Both the position numbers and the translations under genes were made by a program. The notes under the pieces were generated by a model, which was given only the letters and a program-made list of their open reading frames with translations, had not been told where the DNA came from and did no database searches. A stretch of 64,000 bases of DNA from the NCBI GenBank assembly GCA_964344435.1, contig CAYFNH010000001.1, positions 5,303 through 69,302 of the forward strand. The letters are read 5' to 3'. Shown piece after piece: positions 19,861-30,174 of this stretch (positions are counted from its first letter, which is position 1; every line of letters begins with the position of its first letter). This DNA is from an uncultured Piscirickettsiaceae bacterium. GTDB taxonomy: Bacteria; Pseudomonadota; Gammaproteobacteria; GCF-002020875.

Positions 19861-22563
19861 CTAATGGGCATCATTCCAGTTGCTGCCACTGCCCACATCG
19901 ACAATCAGCGGCACGTCCAGTAGCGCTGCCGTCTCCATCTCTCCTTTCACCAGTGCAATCAACGGCTCCAGATCCTCTTCCGCCACCTCAAACACCAACT
20001 CATCGTGCACCTGCATGATCATCATGGCATCAAGACCACTGGCCACCAGCTCCCGATCCACCGCAATCATCGCCCGTTTGATGATATCGGCAGCGGTACC
20101 CTGCATCGGGGCATTGATGGCGGTGCGTTCGGCATATTGACGGCGCTGACCATTGCGTGAGTTGATCTCCGGCAGATAGAGTCGTCGACCAAACAGGGTC
20201 TCGACGTAGCCCTGCTGGCGTGCCAGCGCCTGGGTCTGCTCCATGTACTGCTTCACCCCGGGATAGCGCTCAAAATAGAGATCCACATAACTCTGCGCCA
20301 CGTTGCGGGTGGTGTTGAGCTGTTTCGCCAGCCCAAAGGCGGACATGCCGTAAATCAGCCCGAAATTGATCGCCTTGGCGCTGCGGCGCTGCTCGGTGGT
20401 CACCTCGGCGGGCTCCAGCGCAAACACCTCCGCTGCAGTGGCGCGATGAACATCTTCCCCGCTGTGAAACGCCGCCAGCAGCCCACTATCCCCCGAAAGG
20501 TGGGCCATGATACGCAGCTCGATCTGTGAGTAGTCTGCCGCCATCAGCAACTTGCCCGGATCGGCGATAAAGGCCTGACGGATACGTCGTCCCTCCTCAC
20601 TGCGGATCGGGATATTCTGCAGATTGGGGTCGGAGGAGGAGAGCCGCCCGGTAACTGCCACCGCCTGATGGTAGGAGGTGTGGATGCGCCCACTGCGTGG
20701 ATTGATCTCCAGCGGCAGCTTGTCGGTATAGGTGGACTTGAGCTTGCTCATGCTGCGGTGCTGGAGAATCAATTCCGGCAGACGATAGTCCTGTGCCAGC
20801 TCCTGCAGCACCGGCTCCGCAGTTGATGGCTGCCCCTTGGGGGTCTTCTTCAGCACCGGCAATTCGAGTTTGCCGTAGAGCATCTCCTGAATCTGTTTGG
20901 GTGAGGAGAGATTGAACGGATCACCCGCCTCGGCAAAGGCCTCCTTTTCGATCGCCTCCATCTTGACCGCCAGCTCCTGACTCTGCTGCTGCAGCATCGC
21001 CACATCGACCTTTACCCCATTGCGCTCGATTCGTCCCAACACCTCCAGCAGTGGCATCTCCACATCACGAAACAGCTGTTCACGCTCCGACTCCTCCAGC
21101 AGACGGGGCCACAGGGTTTGGTGCAGCCTCAGCGTCACCTCGGCATCTTCGGCGGCATAGGGGGCCGCCTGTGCGATCGGTACCTGATCAAAGCGCAGCT
21201 GTTTCTTGCCCTTGCCTGCCACCTCCTCGTAGCGGATGTTCTTGTGGCCGAGATACTTCAGGGCCAGCGAGTCCATATCGTGGTGGGTGGCACTGCTGTC
21301 GATCACATAGGATTCCAGCATGGTGTCATAGGCAATGCCCTGCAGGGTGATGCCGTGGTTGGCAAAGATGGTGGCGTCATACTTGATGTTCTGCCCCACC
21401 TTCTTCGGGGTGGAATCCTCCAGCAGTGGGCGCAGATGCTCCAGTGCCGCCTCCCGGTTGAGCTGTGGTGCTGCCTCCAGGTCAGTATGGGCCAGCGGCA
21501 GATAGGCCGCCTTGCCGGCATGAACCGCAAACGAGACCCCCACCAGCTCCGCCTCCATCGCCCGCAGGCTGGTGGTCTCGGTATCAATCGCATATTGATC
21601 CGCTGCAGCCATCGCATCGATCCACTCATCAAGTTGATCCTGGGTAAAAATGGTCTCTACCTCGAGTGCCTGCAACGCATCGGCGGCACTCTCCTCCGAC
21701 TCGGAGGCCTCCCCCAACAGCTCGGAGAGCCAACGCTTGAACTCCATCTGCTGGTAGAGCTGCTGCAATCTTTGCCAGTCTGGCTCGGTGGGCTGCAACC
21801 CGCCAACCTTCTGCTCCAACTCGACATCACAGCGGATGGTGACCAGCTCCTGTGACAGCGGCAGCTGTTCCAGGGTGTTGCGCAAATGCTCCCCCACCTT
21901 GCCCCCCACCTCATCGGCACGGGCGATAACCTGCTCCAGAGAGCCGAATTTCTGCAGCCACTTCACCGCGGTCTTCGGCCCCACCTTGGGGACACCGGGG
22001 ACATTGTCCGAGGTATCTCCCACCAGCGCCAGATAGTCGATGATCTGCTCCGGCTTGACCCCAAACTTCTCCACCACCCCCTCCGGTCCCATCACCGTGT
22101 TGTTCATGGTGTTGATCAACGTCACCTGCTGGTTGACCAGCTGTGCCATATCCTTGTCGCCGGTAGAGATCAATACCGGAATCCCCGCCGCAGTCGCCTG
22201 TGTCGCCAAGGTACCGATCACATCATCCGCCTCCACCCCCTCGTGGACGATCATCGGAATCCCCATCGCCTCGATGATCTCATGCAGGGGGGCAATCTGG
22301 CTGCGCAGATCCTCCGGCATCGGCGGGCGGTTGGCCTTGTACTGCGGATAGAGGTCGTTGCGGAAGGTCTTGCCCTTGGCATCAAAGACCATCGCCACCT
22401 GCTCAGGGGCATACTCCTCCAGCAGGCTTTTCAACATATTAACCACCCCGTAGGTCGCTCCGGTGGGTTGCCCACGGGAGTTGGTCAGAGGTGGCATCGC
22501 ATGGAAGGCACGGAACAGATAAGAGGAGCCATCCACCAGGATCAATTGCGGTTTCAGTGTCAT
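19861..22563 (-). CDS. polA: DNA polymerase I
   Basis: The 900-aa product has a 5'-3' exonuclease N-terminus (MTLKPQLILVDGSSYLFRAFHAMPPL), a 3'-5' exonuclease and a polymerase domain. Confidence 0.95.
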   Translation of the reverse strand: MTLKPQLILVDGSSYLFRAFHAMPPLTNSRGQPTGATYGVVNMLKSLLEEYAPEQVAMVFDAKGKTFRNDLYPQYKANRPPMPEDLRSQIAPLHEIIEAMGIPMIVHEGVEADDVIGTLATQATAAGIPVLISTGDKDMAQLVNQQVTLINTMNNTVMGPEGVVEKFGVKPEQIIDYLALVGDTSDNVPGVPKVGPKTAVKWLQKFGSLEQVIARADEVGGKVGEHLRNTLEQLPLSQELVTIRCDVELEQKVGGLQPTEPDWQRLQQLYQQMEFKRWLSELLGEASESEESAADALQALEVETIFTQDQLDEWIDAMAAADQYAIDTETTSLRAMEAELVGVSFAVHAGKAAYLPLAHTDLEAAPQLNREAALEHLRPLLEDSTPKKVGQNIKYDATIFANHGITLQGIAYDTMLESYVIDSSATHHDMDSLALKYLGHKNIRYEEVAGKGKKQLRFDQVPIAQAAPYAAEDAEVTLRLHQTLWPRLLEESEREQLFRDVEMPLLEVLGRIERNGVKVDVAMLQQQSQELAVKMEAIEKEAFAEAGDPFNLSSPKQIQEMLYGKLELPVLKKTPKGQPSTAEPVLQELAQDYRLPELILQHRSMSKLKSTYTDKLPLEINPRSGRIHTSYHQAVAVTGRLSSSDPNLQNIPIRSEEGRRIRQAFIADPGKLLMAADYSQIELRIMAHLSGDSGLLAAFHSGEDVHRATAAEVFALEPAEVTTEQRRSAKAINFGLIYGMSAFGLAKQLNTTRNVAQSYVDLYFERYPGVKQYMEQTQALARQQGYVETLFGRRLYLPEINSRNGQRRQYAERTAINAPMQGTAADIIKRAMIAVDRELVASGLDAMMIMQVHDELVFEVAEEDLEPLIALVKGEMETAALLDVPLIVDVGSGSNWNDAH

Positions 22564-22643
22564 TGTTATTCTGATTGGGGAAGTTTGCGCTGAATTATCG
22601 TATTATCTTATCAGTAAGTGAGAGATATTTCGGAACCGAGACC

Positions 22644-22949
22644 ATGAAACGCACACTACTACCTTTACTGATGTTTACCACCGCCACCCTGGCAGAGCCC
22701 CTCGTAGAGGCCCCCATGCCCCCCGCGATGGTTGCCATTCCGGCCCCCGACCTGCCCGAGAAGCGCTCACTCAGTGAGGAACTCAACCAGGGCAGCACCC
22801 CATCCAGTGCCACAACCCGCAAAGGGGGCTACTCACTCGGCACCCAGGGGGGCCGTGCCTATCTGGAACCACGACAGGATGACCTCCATCCCGACATGTT
22901 GACGCCACAGTGGGAACTGTTTAACTGGAAATCCAGACCCGCCCAATAG
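22644..22949 (+). CDS. small secreted hypothetical protein (the conserved polA-thrB neighbour in pseudomonads)
   Basis: Signal peptide MKRTLLPLLMFTTATLA. The position matches the small ORF between polA and thrB in Pseudomonas. The start is chosen at the internal ATG. Confidence 0.5.
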   Translation: MKRTLLPLLMFTTATLAEPLVEAPMPPAMVAIPAPDLPEKRSLSEELNQGSTPSSATTRKGGYSLGTQGGRAYLEPRQDDLHPDMLTPQWELFNWKSRPAQ

Positions 22950-23885
22950 ATGTCTGTCTACACCACAATCACCGAGGCGGAGCTGACCACCTTCCTCGGC
23001 CACTATGCTGTTGGTGAGCTGGAGTCCTTCAAGGGCATCCTTGCCGGGATCGAGAACACCAACTACTTCGTCACCACCAGCGAGGGGGAGTTTGTACTCA
23101 CTATCTTCGAACAGCTGGTGTGGGAGGAGCTCCCCTACTTTCTCGACATCATGGCCTTTCTGGCGGAGCATGAGGTGCCCAGTGCCCACCCCATTGCCGA
23201 CCGCGAGGGTGACTACCTGCGTCAACTCAAGGAGAAGCCCGCCGCACTGGTGGAGCGCCTCAGTGGCAGCAGCGTGGAGACCCCGAGCACAACCCAGTGC
23301 GCCGAGATCGGACAGGCACTGGGGCGAATGCACTCAATGGCCCACAATTTTGATGGCAAACGGGACAATCCCCGCGGGATCGGCTGGTGCCGGGACTCCA
23401 TCACTCAACTCTCAAACCATTTACAGGATGAAGAGCGTAGCTTGCTGCAGCAGGAGCAGGCCTTCCAGGCGACCTCTGCACGAACCACCCTCCCCCAGGG
23501 GGTAATCCATGCCGACCTGTTTCGGGATAATGCACTCTTCGTGGAAGATCACCTCACCGGCATCATCGACTTCTATTACGCCTGCAATGATGCACTGCTC
23601 TACGATGTGGCGGTCACCGTGAATGACTGGTGCAGTGATGAGAAAGGGGCCATCGACCTGCCCCGTTACCAGGCGCTGCTGCAGCACTACCGCTCGCAAC
23701 GCCGCTTTGATCCGGCTGAAACGGAGGCCTGGCCCGCGATGCTGCGGGCTGCCGCCCTCCGTTTCTGGCTTTCACGCCTGCTTGACCTCCACTTCCCGCG
23801 CCCCGGAGAGATCACCCAGACCAAAGACCCGAATGTATTCAGAGATATCCTGCTCTGGCATCGGGCCCACCCTCTCTCACTCTGA
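22950..23885 (+). CDS. thrB: homoserine kinase, APH-type (Pseudomonas-type ThrB)
   Basis: MSVYTTITEAELTTFLGHYAVGELESFKGILAGIENTNYFVTTSEGEFVLTIFEQ matches P. aeruginosa ThrB (MSVFTPLER...GIAEGSENSNFFV...GEFVLTL). It sits next to polA, as in Pseudomonas. Confidence 0.85.
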   Translation: MSVYTTITEAELTTFLGHYAVGELESFKGILAGIENTNYFVTTSEGEFVLTIFEQLVWEELPYFLDIMAFLAEHEVPSAHPIADREGDYLRQLKEKPAALVERLSGSSVETPSTTQCAEIGQALGRMHSMAHNFDGKRDNPRGIGWCRDSITQLSNHLQDEERSLLQQEQAFQATSARTTLPQGVIHADLFRDNALFVEDHLTGIIDFYYACNDALLYDVAVTVNDWCSDEKGAIDLPRYQALLQHYRSQRRFDPAETEAWPAMLRAAALRFWLSRLLDLHFPRPGEITQTKDPNVFRDILLWHRAHPLSL

Positions 23886-24160
23886 TGCGCATCTATATGC
23901 AGACCCCACCCCAGGAGGGGCACCCCCTGCGCTTTTTCCAGATTCAGATTCAGGAGGATCTGATCGATGGTTGGACCCTGGTCCGGGAGTCCGGTACCCA
24001 GGGAAGCCGCAGCAGCACCCTGAAGAAGATCCACTACGAGTGCCGCGAAGATGCCGAGGAGGCCCTGTTTGCACTGCGTGACCAACAGCTCCGCAAAGGG
24101 TTCAAAACCACCTTTGCCACCGGTATGGCACAGGGCTACCCCGGTGAGTTCTCTCCCTGA
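23885..24160 (+). CDS. small WGR-domain protein
   Basis: The 91-aa product reads ...FFQIQIQEDLIDGWTLVRESGTQGSR...LFALRDQQLRKGFK, resembling a WGR domain. It overlaps the thrB stop. Confidence 0.5.
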   Translation: MRIYMQTPPQEGHPLRFFQIQIQEDLIDGWTLVRESGTQGSRSSTLKKIHYECREDAEEALFALRDQQLRKGFKTTFATGMAQGYPGEFSP

Positions 24161-24240
24161 TTGAGCCACATCAATTGACACTCAAGTATTCGCAAGAATA
24201 CAATAGGGCCTCTTCGAAAGTTCGGGTCGGGATCTGAGAT

Positions 24241-25371
24241 ATGAAAAAAACAGTTGTAAATCGTGTAATTGCATCCATTCTATTGCTCTCTGCCAGCGCC
24301 ATGGCTGGTGCCAATGAGCAGGCCAGCGGCGAATTCGTGGTGGCACAGAGTAGCCGGGTAGGGGCCACCGTCTCCCTTGGGGGCAGCGTGATTCCCCACC
24401 TTGAGGTCAATCTGGTTGCCAAGATGCCGGGGGATATTCTCTTCCTCGCCGGTGAAGAGGGCGATCAGTTCAAGAAGGGTGACCGGCTTGCCAGCCAGGA
24501 CATTGATGCGATGATGGCCAAGCGCGCGCAGGCGGAGGCACAACTCGCCAGTGCCGATGCCGGTATCCGCAACGCACAGATGCAACTGCGTAACGAAATT
24601 GAAAACCCCAACGCGCAGCCCAACGCAATGATGGGAGGGGTACCCAGCATGATGACCATGTTCTCCAATCCGATGCGTAATATGAGTGGCCGAGGAGACT
24701 CCAGCACCCAACGCCAGACCAACCTCTACGGTATGAATGTGCAGGTGGAGACCGCCACCAACGCCTACAACCAGGCGGTAGCGGCCATTCGTGAACTCGA
24801 CGAGAACATTGAACAGGCTACTATCATCGCACCCTTTGATGGGGTGATCCTGCGCAAGATGGTTGAGGTGGGGCAGCCTGCACAACCCGGTGTTCCCCTC
24901 TTTCTGTTTGGTGATACCAGCCAGTTGCAGATCCGTGCCGAGGTGCCGGCACGCCTGGTACGTGGCCTCCACAAGGGGATGCAGCTCAGTGCTCGCCTCG
25001 ACCACAATGACCAGATCACCCCGATTACCGTAGAGCGCATTTTTCCAATGGCCGACATGATGGGGCACACCGTAACCGTGAAATTTGACCTCCCGGCAGA
25101 CACCCCGGCTGCACCCGGCATGTATACCGAGGTGATCATTCCCGATGCCGGTGCCGACTACAATGAACTGGTAACCATCCCCCGCACAGCCATCGTCTGG
25201 CGCGGCAGTCTGCCCGCCCTGTTTGTACAGCGGGAGGATGGCACTCTGGAGATGCGTCTGGTTCGTGTCGGTGATACCGCTGACAACGGCTGGGCAAGCG
25301 TCCTTTCCGGGCTGCAATCCGGAGAGCGGGTACTGGCGCATCCGACCTCAACCACCACCTCTACCCGATAA
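24241..25371 (+). CDS. RND efflux periplasmic adaptor (membrane fusion protein) with a Met-rich insertion
   Basis: A signal or lipobox-like N-terminus with an HlyD/AcrA-like biotinyl-lipoyl and beta-barrel layout. The insertion NAMMGGVPSMMTMFSNPMRNMSG is Met-rich. Confidence 0.8.
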   Translation: MKKTVVNRVIASILLLSASAMAGANEQASGEFVVAQSSRVGATVSLGGSVIPHLEVNLVAKMPGDILFLAGEEGDQFKKGDRLASQDIDAMMAKRAQAEAQLASADAGIRNAQMQLRNEIENPNAQPNAMMGGVPSMMTMFSNPMRNMSGRGDSSTQRQTNLYGMNVQVETATNAYNQAVAAIRELDENIEQATIIAPFDGVILRKMVEVGQPAQPGVPLFLFGDTSQLQIRAEVPARLVRGLHKGMQLSARLDHNDQITPITVERIFPMADMMGHTVTVKFDLPADTPAAPGMYTEVIIPDAGADYNELVTIPRTAIVWRGSLPALFVQREDGTLEMRLVRVGDTADNGWASVLSGLQSGERVLAHPTSTTTSTR

Positions 25372-25449
25372 CCCCATCCCCTGCCGCCTCTCCATGAAAG
25401 GCGGCAGTTTGGTTCCCATGCTCCAACCCTCCAAGAACAAGAACCGTTT

Positions 25450-28400
25450 ATGACTGACGAGAACAAGACCGGCGACGCAGAGGAGCGTCCAACAGACTCC
25501 AACCACTCCGCAGATTCCCCCCATTTTCAGGATATTCCGGAACAGGTACTGCAACGAGCCAGCCACGAAGAGGTGGAGCTCGGGTTTGCAGGGCGACTGG
25601 CCGACTCCTTTATCCACTCCCCGCTCTCCCCACTGCTCTTTATTGCGATGATGGCCGTCGGTATCTGGGGGTTGATTGCCACCCCCCGTCAGGAAGATCC
25701 ACAGATCTCGGTACCGATGATCGACATCTTCTTCCCCGCCCCCGGTCTCTCCTCCGGTGAGGTGGCCAACCAGGTGATCGACCCGTTTGAGCGGGTATTG
25801 AGCGAAATCCCCGGTCTGGAACACATCTACTCCGCCAGTGACCGCGAGTACGGCATCATTACCCTGCAATTCGAGGTGGGGGAACCGATGGGCCCCTCCA
25901 TCGTTCAGGCCCACAGCAAGATCCAGTCCAACCTCGATCTGTTACCAAAGGGGATCAAGCCCCCCCAGGTGAAGCCGAAAGAGGTGGATGACGTCCCCTC
26001 GGTCACCCTCACCCTCTGGTCTGACGAAGTGGATGACGAATATCTGCGCACCCTGGGTGTCAGCGTACTGCAACACCTGAAGCAGTTGCCACAGACCGGT
26101 GTGGGCTTTGTCACCGGTGGACGCAGCCGCCAGGTTCGGGTCGAGATTCTGCCGGAGCGTCTGGCTGGTTTCGAGGTGAGCCCAGGACAGATCGTACACG
26201 CCATCCAGACCGCCAATACCGGCCATACGGTTGGCACCGTGGAGCTGAACGACCACTTCTTCTTTGTGGAATCAGGCGGCTTCCTCTCCGAGGTTTCCGA
26301 GATTGAGCAGTTGGTGGTTGGTCAACACCGTGGTGCCCCGGTCTATCTGCGTGATGTTGCCCATGTGGTGGAAGGGCCGCAGGAGACCAAACAGCTGGTC
26401 ACCTTCTCTACCGGGCCCGCCTATACCGGCGAGGCATCGACCAAGAATGCGGCGGCCGTCACCATCGCCCTCGCCAAACAGCGTGGTGCCAATGGGGTCA
26501 CCGTAGTAAACAACATCCTCGATGAGGTGGAGAACAACCTCAAGGGGTATCTGATCCCCGACAATGTCCATGTCGAGGTGACCCGCAACTACGGGGAAAG
26601 CGCCAACACCAAGGTCAACGACCTGCTCTTCAAGCTGTTTGTAGCAACCGGCGCGGTTACCTTTCTGGTCTGGCTCAGCCTCGGCATCAAGCCCTCCATC
26701 GTGGTACTGCTGACCATTCCGGTAGTACTGGTCGGTACCGTCTTCGTCTCCATGCTGATGGGCTACACCATCGACCGCGTGAGCCTGTTTGCCCTGATCT
26801 TCTCCATCGGCTTCCTGGTCGATAACGCCATTGTGATCGTCGAGAATATCTATCGCCGCTGGCTGATGGCAGGGTCGATGGATACCCGCACGGCCGTGGA
26901 TGCAGTACGTGAGGTGGGCAATCCCACCGTACTCGCCACCTATACGGTGATTGCGGCACTGGTGCCGATGGGTTTTGTCTCCGGCATGATGGGCCCCTAT
27001 ATGGAGCCGATTCCGGCGCTCGGTTCGGTAGCGATGCTGCTGTCGCTGTTTGCCGCCCTGATCTTTGCCCCCTGGCTGGCGATGCGCATCGTTCCCAGCA
27101 TGGAGAAACTGCATGCCATGGAGGCCCGTGACGAGAAGATCGATGCCAAGCTCGATGTCTTCTTCCGCAAGATCATCACCACCCTGGTGGAGCAGCCTCT
27201 CAAGGGGTGGAGTTTCCTGTTTGGCCTGATTCTCAGCTTCTTTGCCGCGATGTACCTCTTCTACAACACCGCGGTGCCTGTGAAGATGTTGCCATTCGAT
27301 AACAAGGCCAACTTCAGTGTGGTAATCGATATGCCCGATGGCACTGCACTCCCCACCACCGCCAACTTCACCCGTCGCGTGGCCGAAGAGTTTGCCGACG
27401 TGGAGGAGATTGTCGCTACTCAGCACTATATTGGTGCGGCACAACCCTTCGATTTCAACGGCCTGGTACGCCACTACTACCTACGCCAGTTCGCCTGGCA
27501 GGCAGAAATTGCGGTGCAGCTGACCGACAAGACCACCCGCAAGCGTACCAGCCACCAGATTGCCAGTGAGGTCCGTGCCCGACTGCAACCCATCGCCGAG
27601 GCCGAAGGGGTTGCCATCACCGTGGTGGAGATGCCTCCCGGCCCACCGGTGCTGCAGACCGTAGTGGCAGAGATCCATGGTCCGGATGCCGAGACCCGAC
27701 GTCAGGTGGCCGATGATCTGACCCAGATCTTCCGCGAATCCGGCATCATCTCCGATGTCGACAACCTGATGCGCAGCCCGATGGAGACCTGGCGCTTTGT
27801 GATCAATCGCGAAAAGGCCTCACGTCAGGGAATTTCAGTCGAGACCATCAACCAACACCTGGCCATGGTGATGGGCGAGTTCGAGGCCGCGACCATCTTC
27901 CAGTCACTGATTCTGGAGCCCACCTACATCGTGATGACCATTCCGGTCGAAAAGCGCTCCCACCTCCACCGCCTCGGTGATCTGCCGGTAATGACGATGG
28001 ATCAACGCACCATCCCACTCTCGGAGCTGGGCGAGTTCGTCAAGGTACAGCGTGACCCGATCATCTTCCACAAAGATCTACGCTCGGTTGAGTTTGTGGT
28101 TGGTGACGCCGTGGGCCGCCTGGGTGCACCGATCTACGCCATGCTGGATGTTGAGCGCATTCTGGAGGAGAAGGGCTATGTCACCCCGGATGGGGTCACC
28201 CTGCGTAGCGGTGAGTACACCGGCGCACCGGAGAACGACAAACAGAGCAGCTTCGAGTGGGGCGGAGAGTGGACCGTCACCTACGAGACCTTCCGTGACA
28301 TGGGGATCGCCTTCGGGGTTGCCCTGGTCGGTATCTACATGCTGGTGGTGTGGGCCTTCGGTAATTTCGTGATCCCCGCGATTATCATGTCCCCGATCCC

Positions 28401-28806
28401 GCTGACCCTGCTCGGTATCGTACCGGGACACTGGCTGCTGGGTGCGGAATTTACCGCCACCTCGATGATCGGCTGGATCGCCCTGGCCGGTATCATTGTG
28501 CGTAATTCGATTCTGATGGTGGACTTCACCATGCACTCGTTCCGCACCGGAACTCCATTGCTGGAGGCGGTAATCCTCTCGGCCAAGTCGAGAACCCGTC
28601 CGATCCTGATTACCGCACTGGCGCTGGTACTCGGCTCTGCGGTGATACTGCTGGATCCGATCTTTCAGGGGATGGCGGTTTCACTCCTGTTTGGTGTCTT
28701 CCTCTCCACCCTGCTGACGCTGGTGGTAATCCCGCTTGGCTGTATCAGCGCCGGAGAGAAGGTATTCATGGAGGCACAGGATCTGGAAAAGAATATCGAT
28801 AGCTGA
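25450..28806 (+). CDS. RND family efflux transporter permease (AcrB/CzcA superfamily)
   Basis: The 1118-aa product has 12 TM segments with two large periplasmic loops and a ~60-aa hydrophilic N-terminal extension. The adaptor gene lies immediately upstream. Confidence 0.88.
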   Translation: MTDENKTGDAEERPTDSNHSADSPHFQDIPEQVLQRASHEEVELGFAGRLADSFIHSPLSPLLFIAMMAVGIWGLIATPRQEDPQISVPMIDIFFPAPGLSSGEVANQVIDPFERVLSEIPGLEHIYSASDREYGIITLQFEVGEPMGPSIVQAHSKIQSNLDLLPKGIKPPQVKPKEVDDVPSVTLTLWSDEVDDEYLRTLGVSVLQHLKQLPQTGVGFVTGGRSRQVRVEILPERLAGFEVSPGQIVHAIQTANTGHTVGTVELNDHFFFVESGGFLSEVSEIEQLVVGQHRGAPVYLRDVAHVVEGPQETKQLVTFSTGPAYTGEASTKNAAAVTIALAKQRGANGVTVVNNILDEVENNLKGYLIPDNVHVEVTRNYGESANTKVNDLLFKLFVATGAVTFLVWLSLGIKPSIVVLLTIPVVLVGTVFVSMLMGYTIDRVSLFALIFSIGFLVDNAIVIVENIYRRWLMAGSMDTRTAVDAVREVGNPTVLATYTVIAALVPMGFVSGMMGPYMEPIPALGSVAMLLSLFAALIFAPWLAMRIVPSMEKLHAMEARDEKIDAKLDVFFRKIITTLVEQPLKGWSFLFGLILSFFAAMYLFYNTAVPVKMLPFDNKANFSVVIDMPDGTALPTTANFTRRVAEEFADVEEIVATQHYIGAAQPFDFNGLVRHYYLRQFAWQAEIAVQLTDKTTRKRTSHQIASEVRARLQPIAEAEGVAITVVEMPPGPPVLQTVVAEIHGPDAETRRQVADDLTQIFRESGIISDVDNLMRSPMETWRFVINREKASRQGISVETINQHLAMVMGEFEAATIFQSLILEPTYIVMTIPVEKRSHLHRLGDLPVMTMDQRTIPLSELGEFVKVQRDPIIFHKDLRSVEFVVGDAVGRLGAPIYAMLDVERILEEKGYVTPDGVTLRSGEYTGAPENDKQSSFEWGGEWTVTYETFRDMGIAFGVALVGIYMLVVWAFGNFVIPAIIMSPIPLTLLGIVPGHWLLGAEFTATSMIGWIALAGIIVRNSILMVDFTMHSFRTGTPLLEAVILSAKSRTRPILITALALVLGSAVILLDPIFQGMAVSLLFGVFLSTLLTLVVIPLGCISAGEKVFMEAQDLEKNIDS

Positions 28807-28881
28807 ACAAATCCCCCCTCCACGAGCCTGGAGGGGGGAATCTGAACCCCATCGGGTTCGAGTTGTCGTACACTATCCCCC

Positions 28882-30174
28882 ATGAACGAATCGAAAGCGC
28901 TTCAACCCCTGATCCTGGTGGTGGATGACAACCCCATCAACCTGCGTGTGGTCGGTGGGGAGCTGAAAAACAGCGGCAAGTACCGCATCACCTTTGCCAA
29001 CAGCGGTGCTGCAGCCCTGCAGCAGATCGAGAAACAGAAGCCCGACCTGATTCTACTCGACATCATGATGCCGGAGATGAGTGGCCATGAAGTCTGTACC
29101 CGGCTCAAGGAGAACCATGAGACCCAACACATCCCGGTGATCTTTCTCACCGCGATGGGCGATACCGATGATATCGTCAAGGGGTTCGAGCTTGGTGGCT
29201 CCGACTACATCACCAAGCCCTTCACCCCGACCGTGCTGCTGGCCCGGGTGGATACCCACCTGCAACTCTACCTCTCGCGCAAGCGGGAACAGGAGCTGCT
29301 CTCCAAGGAGCGCATCTACGCCTACCAGAACGGGATGACGCAGATGCGCACCGAGATTCTCCATAATCTGGGCAATGCGATGAGTGGTTTCAGCTCTCGC
29401 ATCATGGAGAAGCAGAAGATGTCACACAGCATTACCGAGATCGGGCATGCGCTGGCTACTACAGTACAGATTCTGGACAACAGCCAGGAGCGGCAGCGGG
29501 TCGAGCAGGTGCTCACCAAGGCTTCGGAGATGCTGACCCAAACCCTGCCGCAGATCATCGACAAGGATGAGCAGAGCCTGAGCGGGATGCACGACTATGT
29601 TCGCACCATTCTCTTCACCCTGAAAAACCTGACCCAGGAGGGGTTCCACTCCACCACCGTGGAGCTGGGCTCTCTATTCGACGATGTCACCACGCTGCTG
29701 CAGAGTGAACTGGATCGGCTGCAGATCCAGTTCCACATCGAGGGGACTCCACCCTACCCTTCCCTGTTTCTCCCCCGAGGTCCGTTCAGCCATGCCATTT
29801 TTGACATCATCAAGAATAGCTGCGAGGCGATTGAGGAGGAGATGAAACAGGGTAAGCTCGCTGCGGGAGAGGGGCAGATCACCGCAACCATACAGCGCGT
29901 CGAGCAACCCCTTCGCTCACAGGGGGAGGCCCACTACACCATTGAGATGGGTGACAATGGTGTCGGAATTCTGCAGGAGAACCTATCCGAGCTGGCCAAG
30001 AAGCAGTTTTCCACCAAACATCAGGGAGTGGGCCTGGGGCTGCACAGTGCCAGTAATTTCATCAACTCCATCCATGGCACCATCGCGTTCAACAGTCCGG
30101 GGCTGCACCAGGGAGCAAGCGTCCGTATCGCTCTGCCAATCGAGCCTGAAGCTCCCACTAACCACCCAGAGTAA
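28882..30174 (+). CDS. response-regulator receiver fused to a histidine-kinase-like (HATPase_c) domain
   Basis: The REC domain has LILVVDDNPINLRV...DLILLDIMMPEMSG...KP. A possible HisKA_2/HWE-like H-box is EILHNLGNAMSG. The G-boxes are DNGVGI and GVGLGL. Confidence 0.75.
   Translation: MNESKALQPLILVVDDNPINLRVVGGELKNSGKYRITFANSGAAALQQIEKQKPDLILLDIMMPEMSGHEVCTRLKENHETQHIPVIFLTAMGDTDDIVKGFELGGSDYITKPFTPTVLLARVDTHLQLYLSRKREQELLSKERIYAYQNGMTQMRTEILHNLGNAMSGFSSRIMEKQKMSHSITEIGHALATTVQILDNSQERQRVEQVLTKASEMLTQTLPQIIDKDEQSLSGMHDYVRTILFTLKNLTQEGFHSTTVELGSLFDDVTTLLQSELDRLQIQFHIEGTPPYPSLFLPRGPFSHAIFDIIKNSCEAIEEEMKQGKLAAGEGQITATIQRVEQPLRSQGEAHYTIEMGDNGVGILQENLSELAKKQFSTKHQGVGLGLHSASNFINSIHGTIAFNSPGLHQGASVRIALPIEPEAPTNHPE

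Noticed and set aside
24170-24240. Possible additional repeat remnant (CTCTTCGAAAGTTCG) upstream of the RND adaptor gene
   Set aside because: It shares only an 11-mer (TCGAAAGTTC) with copies A and D. That is too short to call.
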